Virus record (IMG/VR): IMGVR_UViG_3300020039_000013
Strand: one strand, 5' to 3'
Origin: a virus
DNA: 52,347 nucleotides
Below the pieces are notes generated by a model. That model made no database searches and was not told the DNA's origin. It saw only the letters and a program-made list of their open reading frames with translations. This document shows positions 24,354 through 34,022 of the stretch, piece after piece (positions within the stretch are counted from its first letter, which is position 1; the number at the start of each line of letters is the position of its first letter). A program made the position numbers and the translations under genes.

Positions 24354-26039
24354 TTGCCGCAGCCAACGCATCTTCTGATTGGGTGCGCACGGAGCCGAGC
24401 AAGGCAAAAGCTGGAGGAAACGCATATTCCTGTTGATTACGAAAAACTAAAGCAGCGTCTTGTCGGCATGGATGACCTGTCCGCGCTGGAGGACGCTTTT
24501 TCGCTTTGTGTCAATATGGACGACCACGCGACGAACAAAACCGTCCGGGCAAAGGCGCACGGGTTTATCCGGTCTGGCGGCGGGCAAAGGGCGCTGGACT
24601 TATATAACAAGACGCTTCTGTTTGATGCCAGGGCGGGTGACTTTGACTGTGCGTTTCGATATGCCGAAAGCAACCGCGAACTGAAAAAGCAGTTTTATCT
24701 TCCACGCCGCAAACAGTTATATCCCGTTGTGAAGGCATTGGAGGATTTGAACAAGCGCAAGATTCGCCTGTTGGGGATAATGGCTCCGCCTGGTATCGGA
24801 AAAACAACCGTGGCTGAGATGGGGACAATCTGCATGGGCGGCGAAAGACCGGATTTGAGCATTCTGTATTCGTCCCATAGCAATTCATTTCTTCGCGGAT
24901 TGTACGATGAAATACTCAGGATGTTAGACCCGAAAGGGGAATATAGATTTCATGAAATTTATCCTGGTTCAAAAGTAGTAAAAACGAACGCGCAAGATAT
25001 GAGGATCGACCTCGGAGATCGCAAGCGGTTTGAAACCTTTGAATTTAGTTCTGTCGGGTCTGGAAATGCCGGTAAAGTCCGTGCGTCTAATCTGCTTTAT
25101 GCAGATGACCTTGTTGACGGCATTGAAAGCGCGTTATCCAGGGAACGGATGGATAAACTATACCAGCAATACCACACTGACTTGCGGCAACGTATGATCG
25201 GTGATTGCGTTGAACTGTTGATACAAACTCCGTGGAGCGTGCATGATCCGATAGACCGGTTGGAGCAAATGTATTCTGATGATCCGATGGCTCGGTTTAT
25301 ACACCTTCCGGCGCTTGACGAAAACGACGAGAGCAATTTTGATTACCCGAACGGAGTGGGGTTTACAACAAAATTCTATCATGAACAGCGCGACATTATG
25401 GATGATGCAAGCTGGCGGGCGCTATACATGACGCAGCCGATAGAGCGGGAAGGGCAACTATATTGTGAAGAGGAGCTTCGCCGGTATTTTGAGCTTCCTG
25501 ATCGTGAACCGGATGCGATAATCGCCGTGACTGATACAAAGGACACGGGCAAAGACTTCTGTTGTATGCTGATAGCATATCAGTACGGAATAGATTTTTA
25601 TATTCACGATTTGGTTTATGAAAACTATGCTCCGCAGATCATAGACGAGCAGCTTGTTTTGAAACTGCTCGGCAATAAAGTTCAAATGTGCCAATTTGAA
25701 AGCAACGCTGCCGGTGGCCGAACCGCTGATAAGGTACAAGAAAAGATAAAAGCACAGGGCGGGATTACAAAAATCACAAAAAAGTGGACTACGGCAAACA
25801 AGGAAACAAAAATCATCGTTAATTCTCCGTTTGCCAAAGAACACTTTTTGTTTCTTGACAATAGCGTTATAAAGCAAAATAAAGAATACCGCGTATTTCT
25901 GAACGCACTGTGCGGCTATACCTTGACCGGGCGAAACAGTCACGATGACGCACCGGACGCCGTGGCGCAATTGTCGGAGTATGTCCAAAATCTGACCGTA
26001 TCAAAGGTTGAAGCTCTGCGCAGTCCGTTTCGGCGGTAA
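24354..26039 (+). CDS. terL: Terminase large subunit; start uncertain (possibly ATG 24468)
   Basis: Walker A LGIMAPPGIGKTT, Walker B-like LLYADDLVD, and a C-terminal nuclease region with HDDAPDA. Confidence 0.85.
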   Translation: MPQPTHLLIGCARSRARQKLEETHIPVDYEKLKQRLVGMDDLSALEDAFSLCVNMDDHATNKTVRAKAHGFIRSGGGQRALDLYNKTLLFDARAGDFDCAFRYAESNRELKKQFYLPRRKQLYPVVKALEDLNKRKIRLLGIMAPPGIGKTTVAEMGTICMGGERPDLSILYSSHSNSFLRGLYDEILRMLDPKGEYRFHEIYPGSKVVKTNAQDMRIDLGDRKRFETFEFSSVGSGNAGKVRASNLLYADDLVDGIESALSRERMDKLYQQYHTDLRQRMIGDCVELLIQTPWSVHDPIDRLEQMYSDDPMARFIHLPALDENDESNFDYPNGVGFTTKFYHEQRDIMDDASWRALYMTQPIEREGQLYCEEELRRYFELPDREPDAIIAVTDTKDTGKDFCCMLIAYQYGIDFYIHDLVYENYAPQIIDEQLVLKLLGNKVQMCQFESNAAGGRTADKVQEKIKAQGGITKITKKWTTANKETKIIVNSPFAKEHFLFLDNSVIKQNKEYRVFLNALCGYTLTGRNSHDDAPDAVAQLSEYVQNLTVSKVEALRSPFRR

Positions 26040-26056
26040 GTGTAAAGCAAAAATAC

Positions 26057-26085
26057 TTGACAGTATGGTATTATTGTGATAGAAT
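26057..26085 (+). promoter_or_regulatory. Strong sigma-70-type promoter with extended -10
   Basis: TTGACA 26057-26062, 17 nt, TGaTAGAAT ending at 26085. GTGTAAAG 26040-26047 lies 9 nt upstream of the -35. Confidence 0.7.
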
Positions 26086-26119
26086 GTATGTGCAAAAATA
26101 TATTTAGCGGAGTGTGCGG

Positions 26120-26284
26120 ATGCCAAATTGCCCTATATCGTTATCAGACAATGCCGTTGCGATAATCAACGAGGCGTTGTCAGCTGGGAAAGACGTTCAA
26201 GTTTCTGTCAGGGGCAATAAGCTGATAATCTGGGAAATGCACACAAAGAAGAAATATGAAGTGGTCGTTGCAAAGCCGCGCTGA
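26120..26284 (+). CDS. Small hypothetical protein (54 aa) in a promoter-ORF-terminator cassette
   Basis: ATG 26120 to TGA 26282-26284. Translates MPNCPISLSDNAVAIINEALSAGKDVQVSVRGNKLIIWEMHTKKKYEVVVAKPR. Confidence 0.5.
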   Translation: MPNCPISLSDNAVAIINEALSAGKDVQVSVRGNKLIIWEMHTKKKYEVVVAKPR

Positions 26285-26314
26285 TCGGCACAACGGGCAA
26301 CGGCATCAGCCATT

Positions 26315-26365
26315 ACGGGCTAATTGCTTACGAATTGTAGGCGGTTAGTCCGTTTTTTGTTTTTT
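26315..26365 (+). terminator. Rho-independent terminator-like hairpin
   Basis: ACGGGCTAA (26315-26323) pairs with TTAGTCCGT (26345-26353) with one G-U pair. The loop is long (21 nt). Followed by TTTTTGTTTTTT. Confidence 0.5.
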
Positions 26366-26378
26366 GGAGGGTTAGCGC

Positions 26379-27890
26379 GTGAGCGAGGAAGTACGTGTCA
26401 AGGGCATTAAAAACTCAAATGAAGATACTTTTTCCGCTGTCTCTCCTATGGCGCTGCACGGAAGGCGACAGATATTCACGAATGAGGCGGAGATCACGCG
26501 CTCAAACGCGCGTTCTGTCCTCAATGCGGCCATGAAGGTGCATACCCGCAACCGCACGGAAGAGGTCTATCTGGAAAAGTACATTCGCGGTATTCAGCCT
26601 ATCCTTGACCGCGTGAAAATCTATAACAGCGAGATCAATAACAAAATCTGCGTAAATGTTGCTAATGCCATAGTGACATTCAAGTGCTCAGAATTCGCGG
26701 GGGAGCCTATACAGTACATTTCACGTGGCAGTAAAAAGTCCGTGCCGCGTAAGGTAGAAAAGCTCAATTCCTTGATGCTGTCCGAGGGCAAGCAGAGCAA
26801 GGACATGGAGCTTGCCTACAAGATGTTCACACACGGCGTCGGTTATCGACTGGTGCTGAATGATAAAGCGGTGAGGGCCGCCAACGGCGAACTTTTCGAT
26901 GAGGCCCCGTTTGAAGTATTTACACTCGACCCGCGCAACACTTTTGTTATCCGGGCCAACGACGTGACAAAGCGCATTCTGGCGGGTGTGAACTATGTTT
27001 ATTTGGACGAACTGGAAAACCGGGTACGGTATACCGTTTACACGGCCAACGAGACGTTCACGCTGGAGGGAACGGCGACGCAGGTCGCCGAAGGAGTGAC
27101 GGTAAGCGTACACAACTTCGGCATGGTCCCCCTGATTGAATATCCGTGCAACAGCCTTTACATGGGAGCGTTTGAGGTGGTGCTACCCCTGCTGGACGCG
27201 CTGAATACCACGCAGAGCAACCGTCTGGACGGGATCGAACAGTTCATCCAGGCGATGATGGTTTTTGAGGGCGTGGACGTCAGCCAGGAAACGCTCGACG
27301 AGGCCAAGGCCACCGGCGCGATCAAACTGCCGCCCACGCCTGACGGGAAATCCGGGCATCTGTACTATCTCAATGAACAGCTCGACCAAAGCCAGACGCA
27401 GACGCTTGTGGACGATATTTACCAGACGATTCTTGAAATCGTGGGTATGCCGTCGCAGAGCAACGGAAACACCTCTGACAGCTCCAACAACGGCGCTGTC
27501 ATTATGAAAAACGGCTGGTGGAACGCCGAAGCCCGGTCCCTTGAAACAGAAGGCATGTGGAAAGAGGCCGAGACCACGTTTTTGAAGATCGTGCTGAAAA
27601 TCTGCGCGGGGGCCAACGTTCTGACCGGGCTTTCCGTTTCCGACCTGGAGCCGAAATTCGGGCGGCGCAGTTATGAGGACCTTTTGACAAAAACGCAATC
27701 CTTCTCCACGCTGAGAAGCGCAGGTATGCCGTCTATCCAGGCTTTCACATTCTCGAAGCTGTCCAAGGACCCGGAGAGTGATTCGATGGTTTACGACGCC
27801 TACCAGGAAGAGCTTGCCACGCAACTTGACAATTTTCCGCAAGCCGTGAAAGAAAGACAGACGGAAGAAACGGACACGGACGCTGAATAA
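26379..27890 (+). CDS. Portal protein (SPP1 gp6-like)
   Basis: 503 aa directly after the terminase region. GTG after GGAGGG. Sequence pattern is typical of SPP1-type portals. Confidence 0.85.
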   Translation: MSEEVRVKGIKNSNEDTFSAVSPMALHGRRQIFTNEAEITRSNARSVLNAAMKVHTRNRTEEVYLEKYIRGIQPILDRVKIYNSEINNKICVNVANAIVTFKCSEFAGEPIQYISRGSKKSVPRKVEKLNSLMLSEGKQSKDMELAYKMFTHGVGYRLVLNDKAVRAANGELFDEAPFEVFTLDPRNTFVIRANDVTKRILAGVNYVYLDELENRVRYTVYTANETFTLEGTATQVAEGVTVSVHNFGMVPLIEYPCNSLYMGAFEVVLPLLDALNTTQSNRLDGIEQFIQAMMVFEGVDVSQETLDEAKATGAIKLPPTPDGKSGHLYYLNEQLDQSQTQTLVDDIYQTILEIVGMPSQSNGNTSDSSNNGAVIMKNGWWNAEARSLETEGMWKEAETTFLKIVLKICAGANVLTGLSVSDLEPKFGRRSYEDLLTKTQSFSTLRSAGMPSIQAFTFSKLSKDPESDSMVYDAYQEELATQLDNFPQAVKERQTEETDTDAE

Positions 27891-28510
27891 TGTACGCCTT
27901 TGCCGACAAAGCCATAAAGGACATGAACCGGCGCAATCTGCGCGCTTTCGGACGGCTCAAACAGTTAAAGTTTGACGAGCTGAATATTTTGCAAGAAGTG
28001 ACCGCCGCATACGACGATTCGGTTAAACTGGCAAAAAAGCGATATGAGCAGATAGCAGAGGACGCATACGCGGCGGCTTTGATTCGGGCGGGAATTGATA
28101 AGAAAAAGGCCGAAGAAATAGCGGCGGACAGCATCACCGAGGATTGGGTTCTGGATATGCTGGAAGAATACGACCCGGTGACGGAATACCAATTTCTGCC
28201 GGAGGCCGAACGCAAAAAGCAACGCACCATTGAGGCATTGATCGCCACACACGACAAGGGCGAAACCGTTGACCGGGCACTTCGGCTATGGACGCTGCAA
28301 GTGACACAGTACGCGGACAAAAGCGTGGATGAGGCGACAATCGGAGCTTACAAAGACGCCGGTGTAAAAAAAGTCCGTTGGGTAACAGAGCGGGACAACA
28401 AGGTTTGTACTGTCTGCGCAGACCGCGACGGAGAGGTTTTTCCTATTAACAGGATTCCAGATAAACCGCACTATCGGTGTAGATGCGTTCTTTTACCAGT
28501 TGCGGAATAA
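27890..28510 (+). CDS. Head morphogenesis protein (SPP1 gp7 / Mu F-like)
   Basis: C-terminal VRWVTERDNKVCTVCADRDGEVFPINRIPDKPHYRCRCVLLPV is the gp7-family signature. Confidence 0.85.
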   Translation: MYAFADKAIKDMNRRNLRAFGRLKQLKFDELNILQEVTAAYDDSVKLAKKRYEQIAEDAYAAALIRAGIDKKKAEEIAADSITEDWVLDMLEEYDPVTEYQFLPEAERKKQRTIEALIATHDKGETVDRALRLWTLQVTQYADKSVDEATIGAYKDAGVKKVRWVTERDNKVCTVCADRDGEVFPINRIPDKPHYRCRCVLLPVAE

Positions 28511-28597
28511 TATTTACCCACTTTTCACTCCTCCTTTTCAAGCCGCGGCGGCTCGGTTTCTCGTTTTACAACCGTCATTTCACAGAGGAGATAAGGC

Positions 28598-29587
28598 ATG
28601 ACGCTGGATATCATCGTACCGCATTACAAAGAACCGTGGGAAACATGCAAATATCTGTTTGACACCATCGCCACACAGCGCGGCGTCTGCTTTGACAACA
28701 TCCGCGTGATTGCGGTGAACGACGGGGACGATGTTGTTTTTGACCCTGACCGGATACCGGAATACCCATATAAAATCATTTGCCATGTGAAAGCGCATGA
28801 GGGCGTATCGGCGGCGCGGAATTACGGTCTGGACAACAGTAATGCCGATTACGTCATGTTTTGCGACATAGACGACGGTTTTTTAAACAACTACGGTTTA
28901 CATCTTGTGTTTGCCGCCATGCAGGATGGGTACGACTATATCTATTCCAACTTTGTGGAGGAAACATTTACCGCCGACAACACAATGACGATTATCCGGC
29001 ATGACAACGACTTTACTTTCATGCACGGGAAGATATATAAGCGGTCGTTTCTGATCGGGAACAACATCCGATTTGACCCTGCCATGACGCTGCACGAGGA
29101 CGGCTATTTCAACACCGTGGCGATGGTGACGGCGCAAAAAGAGGGAAAATTAAAGTGCATTGAGACGCCGTTTTATCTCTGGCGGTGGAACGACAACAGC
29201 ACGGTCAGAAGCAACCGGGAAGATTTCGTTTTACGGACGTATTACAATGTAATACAAACCCGGATCGGCGCTTGCGAGCAATTAAAGGCTCGCGGGTACG
29301 AGGAAGAATTCAAGACCGCCGTGTGCATGACGGTTTTGAACAGCTATTACGATTTTCAGAAACCGTCTTACCACACGGACAAGAACAAAGAACATCTGTC
29401 CAAAGCGGAAAAGGCGTTCAAGCGGTTTTGGATGAAATACGGCAAGGTATTTCTGGACTGTACCAATCTGCAAATCGCTGAAATCGCGCAGACGGCGCGG
29501 GCCAACGCCTGCAAGAACGGGATGTTGATGGAGCGACAGGATTTGCGCTCGTGGCTCAAACACATCGGGAACGATGTAAAAGCCTGA
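28598..29587 (+). CDS. Family-2 glycosyltransferase (GT-A fold)
   Basis: LDIIVPHYKEP, AVNDGDD, SAARNYGL and MFCDIDD (DxD) motifs. Confidence 0.85.
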   Translation: MTLDIIVPHYKEPWETCKYLFDTIATQRGVCFDNIRVIAVNDGDDVVFDPDRIPEYPYKIICHVKAHEGVSAARNYGLDNSNADYVMFCDIDDGFLNNYGLHLVFAAMQDGYDYIYSNFVEETFTADNTMTIIRHDNDFTFMHGKIYKRSFLIGNNIRFDPAMTLHEDGYFNTVAMVTAQKEGKLKCIETPFYLWRWNDNSTVRSNREDFVLRTYYNVIQTRIGACEQLKARGYEEEFKTAVCMTVLNSYYDFQKPSYHTDKNKEHLSKAEKAFKRFWMKYGKVFLDCTNLQIAEIAQTARANACKNGMLMERQDLRSWLKHIGNDVKA

Positions 29588-29861
29588 AAAGTAAATATCA
29601 AGTGGCTAACCCGGCCAGGTGAAAAGGGAAAACCTATCCCCTGCCACTTGTTATTTTAGGCAATCACAAAGGTAGTGATTTCACGGAAAAACCGTGGGAT
29701 TACTGCCTTTTTTGCATTTTCGGATATTTGCGGGAAACCGCTGGATATATCGCGTCGGAGATGACGCTAAAAAGCGCAAGGCTCGCAGAGAAGCGAGGGT
29801 AAAAAATTCGCAAAATTCAAAAACGTGAGAGAACACGAAAAAACGCAAAGGAGAAAACAAA

Positions 29862-30443
29862 ATGGCAGAACTTGACACCAACGCGATAGCCGAGGTCAAC
29901 GAGACCGAAAACGCGACCGAGACCAACGAGACTGGCAACACCAGCGAAAACGAAGCCCTTGCCAAGCTCCGGGCCGACCTTGCCAAGCAAAAAGCGGCTT
30001 TGGACAAGGCGACAAAGGAGGCGGCGGACTACAAAAAGGCGCTCCGGGCCAAACAGAGCGCGGAGGAAGTGGCCGCCGAGGAAAAGCGCATCTCCGACGA
30101 GGCCAGAGACAAAGAGCTTGCCGATCTGCGCAAGCGTTTCGCGGTGGCCGAGACCTCCAAGAAGGTCATGGGCTTTGTCAGCGACGAGCAGACGGCCAGC
30201 GCCATTGCGGAAGACCTGTACGGCGCGGAGGACGCGGACGCGGCTCTGACGGCCATTCAAAAAGCGTGGACGGCCCGCGAAAAAGCGCTCCGGGCAGAGT
30301 ACGGGAAAATCCCCGCCCCCGGCGCGGGCGGCTCTGACGGCCCGACCGTGACAAGGGAACAGCTTGACGGCATGACCTATCTGCAGCGAAACGAGTTCGC
30401 CAGAAAAAACCCCGATGAATACAACAGACTGATGGGGAGATGA
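29862..30443 (+). CDS. Scaffolding protein
   Basis: Acidic, alanine/lysine-rich helical protein immediately upstream of the major capsid gene. Confidence 0.65.
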   Translation: MAELDTNAIAEVNETENATETNETGNTSENEALAKLRADLAKQKAALDKATKEAADYKKALRAKQSAEEVAAEEKRISDEARDKELADLRKRFAVAETSKKVMGFVSDEQTASAIAEDLYGAEDADAALTAIQKAWTAREKALRAEYGKIPAPGAGGSDGPTVTREQLDGMTYLQRNEFARKNPDEYNRLMGR

Positions 30444-30472
30444 ATCCCCCAAAAACGAAAGGATGAAATCAA

Positions 30473-31309
30473 ATGGCCCAGGTAAACACTACCACCGGCA
30501 CCTATCTTTCCGACCTGTTCAATCCACAGGTCGTGGCTGACCTCATTGATACCAAGCTGACCGACAACATGGTATTCGCTCCTCTGGCGCGGATCGACTA
30601 CACGCTGCAGGGCAGGGCGGGCAATACCGTGACTCTTCCCTATTACAGTTACATCGGCATGGCTTCCACCGTTTCCGAGGGGTACGACATCCCCATTACC
30701 AAGCTGGCACAGACCACCAGCTCCGTAACCATTGTGAAGTACGGCAAGGCTGTACAGATTACCGACGAGGCCGTTCTGTCCGGCTACGGCGACCCCATCG
30801 GCGAAGCGGGCGTGCAGATTGCTACCGCTCTTGACGACGCGATGGACAACGCCCTGCTGTCCGCTCTGGCCGGTAACACCGCCTCCGCGCAGAACTACGC
30901 AACTTCCGGCTCCAGTGTGGCGCTGGCCCCTGCGGACATCCCCCTGGCTCTGGCGAAATTCGGCGAGGACATGGAGGGCGAAAAGGCCCTGATTGTCACC
31001 CCGGATTTCTACGCACAGCTTGTCGGCGAGAACTGGATTCCCGCCTCTGAGATCGCTGCCAACGTTCGTATTCGCGGCGTTGTCGGCATGGCGTATGGCT
31101 GCCAGGTCATCGTGAGCAACCGGCTGAAGACCAGCGGCAACCTGTACATTGTGAAGCCCGGCGCGCTGGCTGTGTTCATTAAGCGCGGTTCCTTCATCGA
31201 GACTGACCGCGACATCCTGAATCAGTCTACCGTTCTGGCCGGTTCCATTCTCGCCGCCCCCTACCTGCTGAATCCGGCTGGCATGATTAAACTGTCTGTC
31301 GGCGCTTGA
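30473..31309 (+). CDS. Major capsid protein
   Basis: 278 aa, position after the scaffold, strong RBS, sequence typical of small HK97-fold capsid proteins. Confidence 0.8.
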   Translation: MAQVNTTTGTYLSDLFNPQVVADLIDTKLTDNMVFAPLARIDYTLQGRAGNTVTLPYYSYIGMASTVSEGYDIPITKLAQTTSSVTIVKYGKAVQITDEAVLSGYGDPIGEAGVQIATALDDAMDNALLSALAGNTASAQNYATSGSSVALAPADIPLALAKFGEDMEGEKALIVTPDFYAQLVGENWIPASEIAANVRIRGVVGMAYGCQVIVSNRLKTSGNLYIVKPGALAVFIKRGSFIETDRDILNQSTVLAGSILAAPYLLNPAGMIKLSVGA

Positions 31310-31326
31310 TAGGGCGGTGAGCTGAC

Positions 31327-31497
31327 ATGATGCTTCACAGGCACTTTGAGGCCGAGAAAAACAAGAATATTACCACGCTTGCGGATGTGACGCCCCACGC
31401 GGAAGAGGAATTTGTTTCCGAGGTTTTTCCGCCCGACGAAGGCCCTGGGGAAGCACCGAAAAAGCGCGGCAGACCACCGAAAAAGACCGAGGAATGA
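31327..31497 (+). CDS. Small protein with an AT-hook-like KKRGRPPKK motif (56 aa)
   Basis: ATG 31327 to TGA 31495-31497. Below the ORF-track cutoff. Confidence 0.4.
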   Translation: MMLHRHFEAEKNKNITTLADVTPHAEEEFVSEVFPPDEGPGEAPKKRGRPPKKTEE

Positions 31498-31515
31498 CAC
31501 AAGGAGGCGGAGATA

Positions 31516-31833
31516 ATGACCGACGCTGAAAAAATCGTATTGGTAAAGGCCATGACCGACGAAACGGACGAGGACGTTATCTCCGCCTTTTTGTCCTTGG
31601 CCGGTGAAGCAATTTACAATCACGCCGACCCTTACAGGACGGGCGACAGAGACGACATATTGTCACGTTACGGCGGAGCACAGGCAAAAGCGGCATCGTA
31701 CTTCATAAACAAAAGAGGCGCGGACGGGCAGACTTCTCACGGGGAAAACGGAATTTCACGCACCTATGAAAGCGGCGATCTTCCCGACTCTCTTCTGAAA
31801 GAAATCACGCCAATATGCGGGGTGTTGAAGTGA
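31516..31833 (+). CDS. Head-tail connector (gp6-like adaptor)
   Basis: Position and N-terminal pattern MTDAEKIVLVKAMTDETDEDVISAFLSLAGEAI. Confidence 0.65.
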   Translation: MTDAEKIVLVKAMTDETDEDVISAFLSLAGEAIYNHADPYRTGDRDDILSRYGGAQAKAASYFINKRGADGQTSHGENGISRTYESGDLPDSLLKEITPICGVLK

Positions 31834-32270
31834 AAGCCCTGAAACGGAATCAAAAGACGTTTTACTACTGCCTGTTCAGCGAGAAAATCCCCATCATTGA
31901 CGAGTACGGGAACGAGACGGGAGAAAGCATCGTGATTTATGCCGACCCCGTACCGATGAAAGCCAACATATCACAGGCTACGGGACAGTCCAATACAGAG
32001 CAGTTCGGCAACTTGGAAAACTACGACAAGGTTATTGTCACCGACGATTTGCGTTGCCCCATTGACGAAAACTCTGTGTTGTTCATCGACAAAGAGCCTG
32101 AATTTACAGAGGGCGTTACGATTGACTACCAACAATCTGACACTCTGTTCGGGGAAAACACCGCGACGCCCGTAACCGTACAAACGCCCGTATATGACTA
32201 CACCGTGCGGCGTGTGGCGAAAAGCCTTAATTCCATCAGCATCGCCGTTAAAAAGGTAAGCGTGTCGTGA
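31815..32270 (+). CDS. Head-tail joining protein; start uncertain
   Basis: ORF track, position in the connector module. Confidence 0.5.
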   Translation: MRGVEVKALKRNQKTFYYCLFSEKIPIIDEYGNETGESIVIYADPVPMKANISQATGQSNTEQFGNLENYDKVIVTDDLRCPIDENSVLFIDKEPEFTEGVTIDYQQSDTLFGENTATPVTVQTPVYDYTVRRVAKSLNSISIAVKKVSVS

Positions 32271-32743
32271 ATATCACCATAAACGTCCAGGGCCTGGACG
32301 AATTGATAGACCAATTGGACGCATACCGTGACAGCTTGCCAAGAAGAACCGACGAGCTGTGCAGACGGCTCGCAGAATACGGTTTGGTGCTGGCAGACGC
32401 AAGTTTCTCCGGCGCGGCCTATGACGGTCCGAAGGACGTAAACGTAACCGTGGAGCCCATAGATAACGGTTATCGCATTGTGGCGGACGGCTCAACAATC
32501 CTGATATTGGAATTTGGTGCGGGCGTTACCTACGGTTACGGGCATCCAAACCCCGGACCATACGGGCCGGGCACATATCCCAGCACAAAAGGACACTGGA
32601 ACGACCCCAACGGCTGGTATCTTCCGAAATCGGCGGGCGGCGGCCACACATGGGGCAACCCGCCAAGCATGACGATGTACAACACGGCGAAAGATATTCA
32701 GCGAGAAATCGAAAGTATAGCACGGGAGGTGTTCGGCGCGTGA
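32267..32743 (+). CDS. HK97 gp10-like head-tail component
   Basis: GTG start. N-terminal VQGLDELIDQLDAY...LEFGAG pattern. Confidence 0.6.
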   Translation: MNITINVQGLDELIDQLDAYRDSLPRRTDELCRRLAEYGLVLADASFSGAAYDGPKDVNVTVEPIDNGYRIVADGSTILILEFGAGVTYGYGHPNPGPYGPGTYPSTKGHWNDPNGWYLPKSAGGGHTWGNPPSMTMYNTAKDIQREIESIAREVFGA

Positions 32744-33141
32744 TTGACATTGAAAACGATGTATTTGATACCGTTGCGAACGCGCTGAGAGCCGCCTACG
32801 AGAACATTTTTGTTGCGGGCGAGTATGTGCCGGCTCCGCCGAAATTCCCCGCTGTGAGCATTGTAGAGGCCGACAACCGCATTGTGGAACGTATGCGCAC
32901 GTTGAATATAGAAAACGCGGCCTCGGTCATGTATGAGGCGAACATTTACAGCAACAAAGTTTCCGGGAAAAAATCAGAGGCAAAAGCCATAGCCGCCACG
33001 ATGGATGAAGCGTTTGCCGCCATAGGCTTTACGCGCACCATGAAAAACCAGGTGCCGAATCTAAACGACGCGACCATTTACAGAATCGTATGCCGATACG
33101 AGGCGATTGTAGACAAAGACCTTTGGATTTACCGGAATTAA
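32740..33141 (+). CDS. Tail completion / terminator-like protein
   Basis: GTGA overlap start within track ORF 32650..33141. Located directly before the major tail gene. Confidence 0.5.
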   Translation: MIDIENDVFDTVANALRAAYENIFVAGEYVPAPPKFPAVSIVEADNRIVERMRTLNIENAASVMYEANIYSNKVSGKKSEAKAIAATMDEAFAAIGFTRTMKNQVPNLNDATIYRIVCRYEAIVDKDLWIYRN

Positions 33142-33168
33142 CGAAAAAAATGAAAGGAAAGACTTGAT

Positions 33169-33669
33169 ATGTCTCAGAGATATTCCACTGCCGGTATGTA
33201 TCTGTGCTATGCGGTAGAGACTACGGCAGGAACGCGGCCTACTACCGGCTATACGGTGATCCCCGAAGTCAAGACCATGCCGAGTTTTAACCCCGCGCCC
33301 GACGCCATTGACAGCACTACGCTAATGGAGACCGAATATCGGACGTATGTGGAGGGTCTGAAAAACCTGGGCGGCGCGCTGGAATACGGCGCGAATCTGA
33401 CCGCCGACCTGATTACCGCATGGGAGACCTGCAACAGCGCGCATGATACCGCCGCCGCAGACGGAAAAGCGACCTGGTTTGCCGTGGTGCATCCCAAGCT
33501 GGACGACGCCGTGTTTTTTGAGGGCGACCCCTCCCCCCTTGGGCTGAATGAGGCGTCCGTTGGCGCTATGGCCGAGACCACGCTGTACATCACCCCGAAC
33601 AGCGCTCCGAAGTGGGAAACCAAGCCCACGCTCGCAACCGCAAGCCAGACCGTTTTGGGAGGTAACTGA
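33169..33669 (+). CDS. Major tail (tube) protein
   Basis: Position before the chaperone pair and tape measure. 166 aa with a strong RBS. Confidence 0.7.
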   Translation: MSQRYSTAGMYLCYAVETTAGTRPTTGYTVIPEVKTMPSFNPAPDAIDSTTLMETEYRTYVEGLKNLGGALEYGANLTADLITAWETCNSAHDTAAADGKATWFAVVHPKLDDAVFFEGDPSPLGLNEASVGAMAETTLYITPNSAPKWETKPTLATASQTVLGGN

Positions 33670-34022
33670 TGGAGGAGAGAATCAATCCCATCTATATCAC
33701 CGATAACGACACTGGCAAGAAGTACGAGCTGGATTTCAACCGCGAAAGCGTGCGTTGGGTGGAAAGCCAGGGGTACAAGGTCGAGGAAACTTTTGATTTG
33801 CCTAACGTGAACATTCCCAAGCTCTTCTACTTCGCGTTTCGGGCCAAGCACAAGAATGTCTCGCTGAATCAGGCGCAGGCCCTCCTTGACAAGATGGGCG
33901 GCATCACAGAGGAAATCGGTATTCGGCTGGTCGACCTTTACCGACAGGCAACCGCCGCCAACAACATCATTCAGGACAAAGAGGATTTGGAAAAAAACTC
34001 CCGTGTGACGGTGGAACTGTAA
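33669..34022 (+). CDS. Tail assembly chaperone (gpG-like)
   Basis: Position. Contains slippery heptamer A AAA AAC near its 3' end. Confidence 0.75.
   Translation: MEERINPIYITDNDTGKKYELDFNRESVRWVESQGYKVEETFDLPNVNIPKLFYFAFRAKHKNVSLNQAQALLDKMGGITEEIGIRLVDLYRQATAANNIIQDKEDLEKNSRVTVEL
33992..33998 (+). other. Programmed -1 ribosomal frameshift slippery site A AAA AAC
   Basis: Zero-frame codons are gaA AAA AAC. The -1 frame is open from here through 34402. Confidence 0.7.
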
